A stretch of 64,000 nt of DNA from the human T2T-CHM13v2.0 reference genome, Homo sapiens: the NCBI RefSeq assembly GCF_009914755.1, contig NC_060927.1, one strand, 5' to 3'. The notes beneath the pieces were generated by a model. That model saw nothing but the letters and a program-made list of their open reading frames with translations. It did no database searches and was not told where the DNA came from. The position numbers were made by a program, and so were the translations under genes. Positions 45,265-59,000 of this stretch are shown piece after piece; the first letter of the stretch is position 1, and the number at the start of each line of letters is the position of its first letter.

Positions 45265-46842
45265 CTAAAAGCTTGGAGCTGGTGCGGAGAGCCTGGGGAG
45301 GTGGAAACTGAGTCAGGAATGAGGTGAGGGTCCTGGACATTTGTCATCAGCTGCCTTGGAAGCCCCAAACCCTATATTCCTGGGTGCCAGCCACATTTGT
45401 AGCAGATCAGCTTTCTCTCTATTGGGATGACGTAGGGCAACATGGGACTGTGTTGAGAGAATTTCTTACTCTTTCCAAAACACAAGGGTTACTATTTCAC
45501 ACACACACCCTTACCCAGCTCTTAGTACAAGCTGTTTAGCTTTAGCCATAGCATGGGCGTGGGGGAGGGTGTGCATGTGTGTGTGCAGGTCCTTGGGGGA
45601 GAACCTTAAGAACGACCACTTTTCTCATTGCCGGCAATGACTACAGATTGGGCTAAGCTGAATAGCACACTAAGACATGCACAATCAGGAAGGGATGAAG
45701 AATGGAATTAAGAAGCCCTGTGCATCAGAAAGTGGCTGAATTCTGTGTGAATCCTCCCAAAGCACACCTTCCCTTAAAGGTCAGTAGATAGAAGCTTTTT
45801 GAGATGCCTTAAGCTGTTAAAGTCCAGTGTCAGAAATTCCCACTGGGTTTGAATTTCAATGGATTACTTGAGTTCCCTGAATGCTTTGCAGACAGAAATA
45901 AAAATACATGTATATATTTGCTAATATGTATATATATATGGGTTAGGCTTTGTGACTTCTAAATGTAAGGATAATGAAATGAAAAAGTAAGACCAAAATG
46001 CCTCATCATCCTCATGGAAAAAACACCCAGGAAAATAACTTTTAGAAACCGAGTTCCCAGTAGAGCGTTCCTCGAGGTTTATAAATTTACTGATAATAGT
46101 TATCATTATTATCACAATGATAATTCTCAGTATTGCTATTTTAGCAAGTACCATTGTTTAAGAACCTTCCATCTGCTCCTTATCTTGCTTTTCATATATC
46201 TTATTGCATTGAAAGCTCAGGAATTAAGGTGTGAGGAAACAAAGGCACTGAAAGGTTGATCGATTTGCTGTGGGTTGCAGAGCAAATCAGTGGTAGAGCT
46301 GGGATTCAGCAACAGACTTTTCTGGTTCCAAAACCTGTACTTTAAATTATTCACTCCAAGTGCAGGGGGTGACATAGTTGAAATGGATTTCTTTTTAGTG
46401 GTAAAATGTTATTCTTGTAAGTACTTCTTGACCTCTTCATCTATTCTTCACTGTAGTCAGAATTTTCATCCCCCACAGCACAGTACTTTTCACTCAGCTT
46501 TGGGATTTAGTGATGGTTTCATGCCAACCAACTGTCGAGGCCACCGATATCCTGAGCCAGTATGAATTAATTTGAAGTTACACTTACGACTTGGGAGATT
46601 TAATATCAAAATCAGGATTTCTAGCTGTTTTTGAAAAATTACAGAATCAACAACACTGATACGGCCCTCCCTTCAGCTCACCTCAGTCCCCACCTGTCCC
46701 TGCTGTATCCTCGCCACTGGTGCCAAGTGACAGGAGCCACAGAGCATCACACCTTGCATTGTGTATTTTCTTACAATAAATTAAGTTTTTCTAATTGCTC
46801 CTCAATTATTTTCTCTCCTTTCTGGCATTCATAGTATTTGAC

Positions 46843-47137
<295 letters not shown>

Positions 47138-48642
47138 TGACTTTTTGGTGCATAAAAATCAAGGATCCCCCCGCCTCCACAAGCAGTTCTTCAGCTACAC
47201 CAAGAGCCATTCTGAGTTCTATCCTGTCTTCTCTCCTGTGCTCTTATCCTGCTGAATGGCACAAAGACACCAACTCAGCTTCAGACAGACTTTTGTAGAA
47301 TTGTCGATCTAACAGTTGTTATTGTGACATCCAGCAACTTCCTCAGCCTCTCTAGCTTCTGCTTTCCTTATTTGGAAAACAAGCCCTGGTTACTTTACCT
47401 AAAGACAGTCAAAAGTCAAGCCAAATGGCTAAGTTTGCCCAGTACACTGGGAGCCATCCTGCCAAATGAGCGAGCCACCAAATTATCTGATTCTTTTAAG
47501 TATTCTGTTCTCATTAGCCAGCTTTCATCTTGTCTACATAATAGGATTTTATGAAATATGCAACTTGTGTCTGCCTTAGCACTCTGCTCTTCGACTGAAG
47601 ACTGAAGTACCCAGAGAGAGGGAAGCTGAGGGAAGAGCCGGGGAGACAGGACTAGAGAGGCAGGCTGGGGGCTGAGGAGGCATAAGGAGAACACATTCAT
47701 GAAAATATGCTCTGTAATATGAACAAGAAAGCATGAGGAATATGCTCATCAGAGTTCTCCTTATTAAAGAATATATTATGCTTCTCTTTAGCCCTTTGAC
47801 TCCCCCTCTTTATCTTCAGGCTCCACCAGCAGCAGCAGAAAGCAGGAGCGGGGACATTGGATGTTCTTTTAAGACATTGTTATAAAGATGGAATGAATTC
47901 AGTCAATTGGGAAATATACTAGTACTTTCCTTACAGGATTGTGGGAAGGATTAAAGGAGCTAATGATTCTGAGGTGTGTATCGACAGCACCTCACAGTGA
48001 CTCCTGTTATCACACTACTCAGAATGGCACCGCCTGCCACCCAAATCCACAATCCTCCCCACCTTCATGTGCCATCAAAACCAAGATTCTACCCACATAA
48101 GGGTGACTAAAACAGACCCCTCAAGGTTGTGGAAATGAAGGAATTAAGGATGTCCTGAGAGTTAAGCCATAAAATCAGCTCATTAAGGAATGTGCAGAAG
48201 TGCAGAGGCCCAAGAACAAGTTCCAGGCCTGCAGTGGAATCCACCCTTCGCAGGGAGAATGGGACCATTGATGGAGGCCATGGCTGACCAGGGAAGCCTG
48301 AAGGTGGGGAAGTAGAGGCTGAACATTGTTGGTGCCCCCCCACCCTCTGCCCTGGGAAGCCTGGGGCCATTAAAACATCACTTTACATCAATAGCCCTTC
48401 ATTGCCAGTTCCTGAGTAGGAAGCCACTCTGGGATAACATGGCTTCCCAAGATCAATGCCTCCAGGGAGAACATGTGCTCATCTGGCTGATGTGAACCTC
48501 CAGACTGCTTAGAATTAGTCAATTTTCTTTCCAGTTTGTTCTCAGGTCCCTCAGTGGTTGTTTATTCAAGCATCCAATAACTTCTGGAACTTAAAAGATT
48601 GAATTTCTGAGCTTACATGGCTGAGGGCCAGACCCCAACGGG

Positions 48643-48706
48643 TGACTCATTCTCCAAAGTCAGTTTCCTCTGGCGGGGGCGGATCTCTCTATATGAGCAG
48701 CACCTG
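48643..48706. promoter_or_regulatory. AP-1/ETS/GC-box/E-box motif cluster
   Basis: TGACTCA at 48643, TTCCTC at 48665, GGCGGGGGCGG at 48672 and CACCTG at 48701. Confidence 0.3.
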
Positions 48707-49532
48707 GCCCTATGTGGCTGTGGGCACTTCCCACTGGTAGCCTCAACCACCTCAACAGGGTGCCTGCCCTGGAATAAAAGGTAGGGAGCCATACTGCTGC
48801 AAAAGAGAATCCGGTTTCAAGGTCCCCATGAGGCACCAGCAAATTTTGTTCTTGATCAGGACTTATGGCCTTATCTAATAATGTTGGCAAGGAAAGGGGA
48901 AAGTTTCTTCCTATATTAGTTTTAAAATCTAATTGAAGACAATTCTGTTGCCTAGACAATGGCATATTAAATCGTTCAGCAAAAGCAAGGATTTATTAAA
49001 AATTGTCCTTGATCTATAGAACAAGGGAATGTAATAAATCTTCCAGAATTTTTAGCCATGCTTACTACACATCATGCTCTAAAATTGCATTAGGCATGGA
49101 AATGAGATGGGGCAAAGGGCTGCAGGATCCTGAAGCAGTAGGACAGTATTCCAGAGCAGTCTGACCTTTTGGTGACAAGTGAGTCTCCCGAGCATGTGTC
49201 CAGGAGAAGCAGGGAATAGGGAATAGGGTGTGTGTTGAGCATAATTTGTCCAGGAACTAGGCTAGTCAACTTGACTATATAAACTCCTTTAACCCTCACT
49301 GTCTGCCTATGGGGTAGATCATTTTCTGGGTTGAAAAAATCTCTGTTATAATAAGTTTCCTTAGGTGGCAAAAGAGAGAAACCAATTCCAGCTAGCTTGA
49401 AAATCAACTATCCCCCAAGCAGTTCTTTGGGTATACCAGGTGCCATTCTGAGTTTATCCTATTCTCTCTTCCTTACATGTAGGGATACTAGGCAAATACT
49501 ATGTCCCACAGAGTGATAGGGAAAAACACAAA

Positions 49533-49642
49533 AGCCTAGGTATGTAGTGGGTTATTCCATCTAGGTTTGTGTAAAGGCACTGTCTGATATCCACACGATG
49601 AAATTACCAGAACATGTTTCCATCATTAAGTGATGCATGACT
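49533..49642 (+). mobile_element. Tigger3-family 3' fragment
   Basis: Similar to 57471-57598 (AGCCTAGGT...CCATCTAGGTTTGT...CATCATTAAGT). Confidence 0.7.

Positions 49643-49645
<3 letters not shown>

Positions 49646-49690
<45 letters not shown>
49646..49690. repeat. (TG)n microsatellite
   Basis: About 22 TG units. Confidence 0.95.
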
Positions 49691-49691
<1 letters not shown>

Positions 49692-50774
49692 ACTAATGCA
49701 GTTAGACTGTGTTTAGCTTGCAGAAAGTGAGGTAATTTGACTATTATCTGGGCCTGATATTTTTCACCCCAAGTCATACATGCCAACAGATACATGGTAA
49801 GGTCCTGTGCAGCTTAGTCATCTTAAAGGACCTCAGAATCACTTCAACCATAATTCCAACCAAGGCTGGAGAAAGGCAGGAGCCTTCGGCAGATCTGTGG
49901 ACTCAGCAGTGGGTTTGCTGACTGCCTTTCTGGTGCACTGACATTACCATGACTCAGCTCGCCAAGGTCTATGTCTCTCAGTTCAAGGACAAAGATTGTG
50001 ATAGATACAGCCAAGATTGGGTTCTCCCCTGGATCTATCAGGGATGGCCAAGGGGGTGGGTATGTTTTTTGTAGACAAAGCCTATGAGGGCTCATCCACA
50101 CAGGATTCATGAGCTGTTCCCAGGGGAGCAGAACTTGTGAGCCAACAGCCACTTTGGTGGTGGCAAAGTCCCCAGTGTCCCAACAGGAAGTGTTGAGATT
50201 GGTACAAAATCAGCATTCCATTCCCATCTCCCCTAGTTTCTCCCAGGCATCTCTATTACAGGGGCCTGCAGTGTTCATCAAGGCACTTATTTACAGGTAG
50301 CAGAGAATGTGGCCTCTGAAATTTAGCAAGGCCCAACTGTTTAACTCCCAGTGGCCTCAGAGGGTTGACAGCAAGAATTTCCTTTGCCAAAGTTATATAT
50401 CCATTCTGTTGCTGTCACACTGCTTTCAAGTGGCCATCCCAGCTTGTCTGGAGTTTGTATCCTTCTTGAGTCACTTACTAAAGTCTGTAGACGATCTCTA
50501 ATCCCTGAAGTACTCTGATATTTTGCTGGTCTGTCCCCAAGTCTCCACCACTGAACACATGGTCTGGCTTCTGGGAGACAATAAAAGGTTGTTTAATGGA
50601 TTGCATTGTCCCTGTATGTAAAAGGACTGCCAGCACCCCAGGCTGGGGTTAGGGATGCCTCACTTCTTCCCAGTGCACCTCAACTCAGCTGGTTCCACGT
50701 GTTAAGGTGCACTACCTTGCAGCCCATTCCTGAAACTCATCTCTATATTAGTAAGATGGAGTGCAACTAACATG

Positions 50775-51010
50775 TAGATTTAGTGCTTACTGTTCACTGT
50801 GCTGGTGACCCACACTAAATACTTTACATGCATAATCTCACTTCATTCTCGCAGCAATCTGATGAAAAACCACTGTTTTTCTATTTCTCTTTTTATTTGA
50901 CAAGTGAGAAAACTGAATTACATAAAGATGTCACAGGTGGCCCAAAAATCGCACCTAGCAAGTTGCAAAGCAGGATTTGAGTCCAGAGCTTAAGTGCTTA
51001 ATCTCTGTGC
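50775..51010 (-). mobile_element. MIR
   Basis: 'TTTGACAAGTGAGAAAACTGA...GCAGGATTTGAGTCCAG'. Confidence 0.7.
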
Positions 51011-51059
51011 TGCTGCTCTTCTGCTTGTGAGCAACAGAAAAGAAAACTGCAGCTGGTGA

Positions 51060-51544
51060 CTCTATTCACCTATTGCTGCATAACAAGCCACTCCAAACTG
51101 AGTGGCTTATACCAATAGCAATGATTGTTTGCTCACAAGTCTGTGATTTGGCAGGGCTCAGCAGGGTCAGCTTATGCCTGCTCCACATGGCATCAACTGG
51201 GACAGCTGGATTGAGGCAGGAAGATCTACTTCCAAACTGCCTCACTCATATTGCTGGTTAGTCAGTGCTGGCTGTTCATTCTTCTCCACTTGGGTGCCCC
51301 TGTGGGCAGCTCGGACATCTCCTCAACATAGGGGCTGGGTTCTAAGAGAAAAGCACCATGAGAAAGAAAGTGTGAGTGCCAGTTTCTTAAGGCCTGGGCC
51401 TGGAAAATGGCACAATGTAACTTCCACTGTATTCTAATAGTTATTCAATTACCAATTAACAGAATCTGGGGAGGGGCATTGACCTTGCCTCTTGAGAGGA
51501 GGGATATCAAAGAATGTGGCCAGCCATATTCTCAAACTACTACA
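51060..51544 (-). mobile_element. MLT1F/G-like LTR nested in an older MLT1
   Basis: 'TATTGCTGCATAACAAGCCACTCCAAACTGAGTGGCTTA...GGCAGGGCTCAGCAGGG'. Confidence 0.75.
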
Positions 51545-51774
51545 TTAGCTCAAGCAAAAGGGAAGTTTATTAGAAGCCCTCATGTTATCTCACAAATTCC
51601 AGAAGGCCAGGAACCAAGAGAAGACCCAGCTGCTTCATCACTGGGAGTTATGTCTCTCCTCTCCAGAACTCTGCCATCAAAGAAACTCAGCTCTGCTGTC
51701 TTCCAGCCTCTGTGTTTCTCATTGCAAAATCCCAAACTCCTCAAAAAGACAATCAGATTGACTCACTCCGATCC

Positions 51775-52199
51775 TCTTATGGACTGAATCTTTGTGCCCT
51801 CCCAAAACTCATATGTTGAAATCCTAATCCTCAATGTGATGGTATTTGGAAGTGGGGCCTTTGGGAGGTAATTAGGATTAGATTAGCTCATGGGGGTAGG
51901 ACCCTTATCCTGGGATTAGTGCTCTTACAAAAAGGGAAGGAAACACAGGATCTCTCTCTCTCCTTCCTGCCATATGAGCAGTGACCGAAAATTGTAAGTA
52001 TTTTGAAGGCCAAGTCTCACAGGAAAGTGTAAGCAATTGATGGGCAACTGCAGAAGACAGCCGTCTGCAAACTAGGAAGTGGGCCCTCATCGGACACCAC
52101 CTCTTGGACTTTCAAGTCTTCAGAGCTGTGGGAAATAATGTTTGTTGTTTAAGCCACCCAGCCTGTAGTAATCTGTAACAGTGGCTGGAACCTAAGACA
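51775..52199 (+). mobile_element. MLT1A-like LTR carrying a foreign insert of about 65 bp
   Basis: 'TATGGACTGAAT...CTCATATGTTGAAATCCTAATCCTCAATGTGATGGTATTTGG...CTAAGACA'. Flanks GATCC/GATCA. Confidence 0.85.
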
Positions 52200-52589
52200 G
52201 ATCAGTTGTCCATCCTGGATTCATCACCTATGGCTAGGGGGTCCATGTCTGCATTTCAGGCACTTTCCCAAAAAAGGACAGTGTTTACTGCCCTGTTTTA
52301 TAGATAAGTAACTGGGAATCTTGTGAGTGTAAGTTATTTGCCCAAAGTCACATAACTGATAAATTGTAAATCCTATATTTATGTTCATGATCTTTCTGCT
52401 TCCTCTAAAGGGCCATGGAGTAAATAAAACGTTGGAGCTAAGCAGCCCTTGCATTTACCAAGTTCTCTTGGTGAAAATGGTTAGTGGGCAGCTGAATCAT
52501 GTTAAATAATACTTCCCTTGTCAATGTGAACTCAATCCCTTTGTATTAAAATCAAAACAGCAGAGTGTTCTCTGTATACATAATTGTCC

Positions 52590-52709
52590 CTCCCTCAGAG
52601 TTTCTGATTCAGTAGGTCTAGGGTGGGGCCCGGAGACCAGCTTTCTAACCAGTTCCCAGGTGATGATGATGATGGTGCTGGCCCAGGGACCATATTTTGT
52701 GAACCACTG
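52590..52709. mobile_element. MER5A
   Basis: 'CAGAGTTTCTGATTCAGTAGGTCTAGGGTGGGGCCC...TTCCCAGGTGATG...GAACCACTG'. Confidence 0.85.
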
Positions 52710-52779
52710 ATCTAAAAGAACAGACATCTACATTACAGGATTTCTTCTTATTGGAGCTTCTGGAGTAAACTAGTCAAGG

Positions 52780-53238
52780 ATGGCTGCTAACAAATATTCA
52801 CTTTCCCACCACACTTCCATGGGGGAAGTGTGCTTCCTTGCTCCACCAATGTGGGGCTGGGCCCTGGGTCTTATTTTGGCCCCATGGTTGATGTCTACCC
52901 CTGCTGCCTACCAACTTTGTATTTGGCCATGTTATTGGCTTTGGCCAATGGAATGTTAGCCGCTGTGGCATAAAATATAGTTGTGTGGTTGGGTTTGCCT
53001 TCCTATGCTTCTGCCTTGAGAAGTGCTTCTGAGGGTAGCTCAGTGGTCCCAGAAAAGTGAAAAACTCAATGTTGCAGACCTGAACCCAATACTGGCTAGT
53101 GCCAAGTCCTAGTGAGCCCAAATTAGATCAGGTCACCTGCAGACATGGGAGAGAAAGATAAATGCCTACTATGGTAGGCTACTGAGGTCTAGAGTGGTTT
53201 GTTACATAGCATTGTTGTGATAAAAGCTAATTGATGCA
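52780..53238 (+). mobile_element. MLT1H/I-like LTR
   Basis: 'TTTGGCCAATGGAATGTTAGC...GTGGTTTGTTACATAGCATTGTTGTG...GCTAATTGATGCA'. Confidence 0.75.
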
Positions 53239-54519
53239 GTGACTGATGTTGGACCTTTCCTGTTCTTTAAACTATTCCTTGACCCCCTTCATTTCATAAA
53301 TGCCTATACCAAGACCTGCATGAAATTTTGAATTTTTTCAGATTTTAGTATTTCAATCTATATCAATTCATCGAAAGAAAGTCATCCCCTGCCCCCCAGG
53401 AATGAACTAAACCAAGAGATTATTTTAAAATTTCACTTAAAAATAATGAAGAAGGGATGAACTAGGCCATATTCTTTGCCGGCTGTGTAAAGTGATCAAA
53501 GTCAACTGGCTTAAAACTGACATATGATCCTGAACTCGGAAAAAAGCTACAGAAAATGAAAGCCAGCGTTGAAACGACAGCACATCCGGAAGGAGCAAGA
53601 ATTTACCGCCGAGGTAATAAATTGGAATGTTCTGGAAGGAAAATCTATCTGAAATGGCAAAAAGTGACCAAAAGTTGTAAGTATTTTAAAGGCCAAGTCT
53701 CATGGGAAAGGGTAAGCAATTTCCTGGCTTCTTTGCTAGGCCCCGTTTCACTGGGTGGAGATCACTGTAAAATATAAAATTCTACAGAAATAAATCTACC
53801 TTTTAGTCATGGAAACTGTTATTTACATTTACCCTTCAAGACACTCAGTGGGAGAGACCTCCCTCCTAAAGGCGGAGTCCTGGCCAGTGACTTTCATTAG
53901 GATCTAAGTGGATTACACTCTGACTTGCGCATCTTATTCTAAAGCACATGAGCTAAAAACTGTAGCCTTCTGTGAGGGGGAAAAACATCCTAGGGATCAC
54001 ACTGTATTCCAACAAGCACTTTAAAACTTTTAAAGCATCCACCATGGCAAAACAGAGCAGGCCAATTCTAGAGAGGAGAAGAAGTAAGAACACAGATCCA
54101 ATGTCATAGGACACATACAGATCACCTACTGTTTGCCAGAAACGGTGCTCAGTGTTGTATATACAAAGTCTTTCACTAATAACTACAACTGATATTTGCA
54201 GCCTGCTTTGGTGGATTGGGCTGTGCAATGTTCCAGTGGTTGACCCATTTCTCTCCCTTGCTCAACAAAGTTTTAGAAAGATATTCCTTAATCATAGAAT
54301 GTGCTAAATTAGGCCATAGCAGACAATATAGAAATTGTGTTTCTGTGTGTGTGTGCGTGTAGTCTTGACAGATAGTCTTTGCTCCAGGGAAGAGACAGTC
54401 TTTGACAAATCTTTATTTACCAGGATTCCAATCTATTCCAGAGTATATGTCATATTAATATGTCATATTAATATTTATCAAGAAAAATATTATTGCTATT
54501 ATTGAGGTACACTAGCTAG

Positions 54520-54745
54520 CGTGTATTGACTATTGAGTGTATACCATGCACTGGGGACATCTCATTTAATCCTTATATAACCCCAATCATTATATTAAAT
54601 TCCCAATTTCTCTACTGATTGCCCTGTTTATATAGATCAGGAAATGGAGATGACCAACTTTCCAGGGGATCCAACAGCTAGTAAACCATGGGGCTGGAAC
54701 TAGAGCCCAGATCCACTGAACCCCAAGGTCCCTACTCTGAACAGC
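54520..54745 (-). mobile_element. MIR
   Basis: 'ATCTCATTTAATCCTTA...AGATCAGGAAATGGAG...CAGCTAGTAA...GCTGGAACTAGAGCCCAG'. Confidence 0.65.
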
Positions 54746-54789
54746 CTCCCTGAATGGCCTCCATTTTAGCTTAAAGGAATTTTTTAAAT

Positions 54790-57095
54790 ACATAAACTTT
54801 CAAGGACAAGCAGAAGAGACAACTGGACAGCCTGCTAGAAATGGGAAAGCAGAGCATGCATAGCACCTGCTGTAGCAGACCCTAGAAAGCTGACTCTTTG
54901 GCCAGCATAGAACAAACACAGCCGGAGTTGCCCCTAGGCGGCCTCAGAGACTCAGGAACAACCGGCAGCAGTGATGCTTGGCAGTGAGGGTAAAGCGAGG
55001 CTAAGTGGCTCAAAGTCTGCCTAAGAGTCAGTTAGGCCCCAGCTTTCCTTTCCACTCCACACAACCAGGTGCCTGTCCCCCACTACTCTAGCAGAAAACT
55101 ATCATTCAGTTATCTGAAGAGGTCAATGCTGGGGGTTTCTGAACTGGGGGCATCAGGCACAGTTTAGGGCAGGAGTATTATACTGAAAACAAGAGGTTTA
55201 AATAAACATTTATACATGTGAAAGATGAGACCCAGCCTACTCCTCAACCTTCCTCCCAAACTGGCTCCAAGAATGGGGCAGCCAAGCCTATATACTCCAG
55301 GTGGGAGGCTGCAGCAACCTTCTCTGGGGAACATGGGCAGCCTAGGAGGGCAGAGTGAAAGACCTGACATCAGTGATGCCTGCAGGGAAACTGTCCAGCC
55401 GGATGGCTCCATGGTGAACCCCATCATCTCCAGTATCTCCAGTAACAACTGATTTCCACCAAAAAAAAAAAAAAAAAACCAACCTTATTTTACTCTTTAT
55501 ATTATGTGCTTATATAACTTGATGAACCTGACTAACTGAAAGCTCCAATCAGCTTCTTAAATATAAATAACCAAACAGGGATCAACAGACATCTTAGAGA
55601 AGACTGTAAATAAAATAAATAGGTAGAAAGAAAGAGACTGCTGCCAGAAGAAACTAACAAAAATGTATCATAAAAAGAAAAAACCAGAATTGCATCTTCA
55701 AAACAACATAGGATGCTAATAAAAAAGGGAGAAAGAAACATTCAGAGAGCAAAGAAAGCCCTTAGACATAAAAAACATGAAAATAGAAATGAAAAATAAA
55801 TGGAAGGTTTGAAAGAAGTCGAGAAAATTGAGAAAAGTTCCCAGAAAGTAGAGGAAAAAGTGAAAGAAATAGAAAATGGAGAAACTATTAAATGAATGAA
55901 TGAATGACAAATACAAAATGCACAAATAATGGGAATTCCAGGGAGAATCAAAAATCATAAAAGAAAATTCCACAAAATATTCCAAGATGATTCTCTAGAA
56001 GTGAAGTACACAGGTTTCCAGATTGAAAGCCCCATTATATTGGAGGAAATAGACCCCACATTGAGGCATGTCACTGTGAAATTTCAAAGTGTTAGAGACA
56101 ATCCTACAACCTTCCAGAAAGAAAAGACATACAAAGAACTAGAATCAAAAATGGCTTATGGCTAATCAAGAGCAATGTAATCAATATTCTAGAGGAAAAT
56201 TATTTTTGACTTAGAGTTCTGCACCCAACCGAAGTATCAGTCTCAAGTATCAAGGTGGAATGAAGACATTTCAGACATGCAACATCTCAAAAAATTTCAA
56301 GAGTCCCTTGCACTCTTTCTAAGAAAGCTTGTGGAGGGCGAATTTCAATAAAACAAGGGTATAAACCAAGAAGAAAGAAGGGATAGGCTCTGGAAAACAA
56401 GGGATCTCAGGAGAAAGGTGAAATTGATGGTGATAAAGGAAGATTCAAGAATGACAGGTGTGCATGAGGTGAAGAGACCAGTGAAGACTCAAGCAGTCAG
56501 AAGTCATGAGGAGGAGGTTTCTTCGAGAAGATGAACTGAAAGAAAACCCAATGAATCTGAACATCCTGAGAGGAGAATTAGACAACTGCAGAAACTTTTG
56601 GGGTTGAATGAATGATAAGTACGTAGGAAACTAAGCAAACAAGCAAAAACAATGCTTCGCTAAAGAAGAAAAACACTGTTCAGGAAAAAGAAGTTATAGT
56701 AGAGCACTCTGTGGCTCAGCTGTGAAGAGCATTTTCACAGTCACAGTGAAAGCCAAACATTGATGGAACCCAAGTTAAAGGTGCATTATACTGGAAGGAT
56801 GGGGTGTGTGTGTGTGTGTGATGAGGGTAAGGAGCAAAAGACAGCTGGATCTCCATCTTCCTGGTGTAAGGCAAACCCTGATTTCACACAAACCAAGAAG
56901 TAGGAAAAGAGCATATTCTTTAGAGAATTGGAGGTAAATACCCAAAGCATCAGCTGAAAGAGTTGAATATGTTTTTTTCTTTCCTAAGGAGTGGAACAAG
57001 AGAGAAAAATGAAGGAGTGTTGATCTTCACGACAAAATCTATTTTGCTTTTTCTATTATGAGCTTATATAACTTGATGGAAATTAATAATTTAAA
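54790..57095 (+). mobile_element. HAL1 (half-L1) element with degraded ORF1-like sequence
   Basis: ORF 55929-56165 (GIP...FQIE...PTLRHVTVKFQ...TYK) is L1 ORF1-like, and no ORF2 follows. Confidence 0.7.
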
Positions 57096-57184
57096 GAAAC
57101 AAACTACATTAACTTAAATGTTTTTCCTGTGATAATTACTTTAAAAAAATAACCTAATTAAATCTGCCCTCTCTCAGGATTTGT

Positions 57185-57244
57185 AAAGTCTTTTGCCTCT
57201 TTTCAAAAAAAAAAAATAAATAAAAGTCTTTTGCCTCTTTTCAA
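57185..57244 (+). mobile_element. Solo poly(A) insertion with a perfect 22-bp target-site duplication
   Basis: AAAGTCTTTTGCCTCTTTTCAA at 57185-57206 and 57223-57244, flanking AAAAAAAAAATAAATA. Confidence 0.75.
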
Positions 57245-57247
57245 GGA

Positions 57248-57598
57248 CAGTCATGCATTACATTAACAATGTTTTGGTCAACAAGTGGTGGTCCCATACA
57301 AACGGTGGTCCCATAAGATTACAATACCATATTTTTTCTGTACCTTTTCTATGTTTAGCTATGTTTAGATACACGAATACTTAGCACTGTGTTGCAATTG
57401 CCTACAGTATTCAGTACAGTAACATGGTGTGCAAGTCTGTAGCCTAGGAACAATAGGCTATATTGCATGTAGCCTAGGTGCATAGTAGGCTATGCCATCT
57501 AGGTTTGTTAAATACATTCCGTGATATTCACATGATGACAAAATTGCCTCAAGATGCACTTCTCGGATGTATCCACATCATTAAGTAAGGCATGCCTG
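57248..57598 (+). mobile_element. Tigger3a (MER7A-like) MITE
   Basis: TIRs CAGTCATGC ... GCATGCCTG|TA, about 350 bp. Confidence 0.88.
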
Positions 57599-57876
57599 TA
57601 AATAAATCCCCAACTGAGGCAGAGATGATGCTATTCACTCAGCACCATGGGAGGCCCTGTGGGATTATGGGGACCACAAAGAGCCTGGATTCAAATGCTA
57701 CCCTCACCACTTTCTAGCCTTGTGGACTCTAAGTTATTAAAATGCTCTAAGCCTCAGCTTCCCCTTCTGTAAAACGGTAATACTAACACCTGTCTGCTTT
57801 CAAAGGATTATAATATTGAGGGTCAGGCACCCGATAAATAGTAGATATTATAAAGCATGAACTAAGAAAACACAAT

Positions 57877-58625
<749 letters not shown>

Positions 58626-58719
58626 AGGATGAAGTTGGTTTTCAGAAGTAACAAAAAGTTAGATGATTTCACTATTCTCTCCCTTTTAAAAATGTTTCTT
58701 AAAAATTTGAACCACAAAA

Positions 58720-59000
58720 TTTGTTAATTTTAAGAAGTTACTGTTAATTTTTTGGATCTGATAATGGTTGGCTCAGATTTTTTTGGTTTCTTATTTCTCA
58801 GAGACATGTATTAAAATATTCACAGATAAAATGCTATGATGTCTTGGATTTGCTTCAAAATAATCTTATATTGAAGGAATGAGTAGGAATAGAAGTAACC
58901 AAGTTGGCCACAAGTTGACAATAGAAGAAGCTGATTGATAAGTATGTGGGGGTTCACTGTGCTTTGTCTTTATATGTTTAAAATTTTCCATAATGAAAAG
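58720..59000 (+). mobile_element. L1M 3' end
   Basis: 'GGATTTGCTTCAAAATAATC...TATATGTTTAAAATTTTCCATAAT'. Confidence 0.7.
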
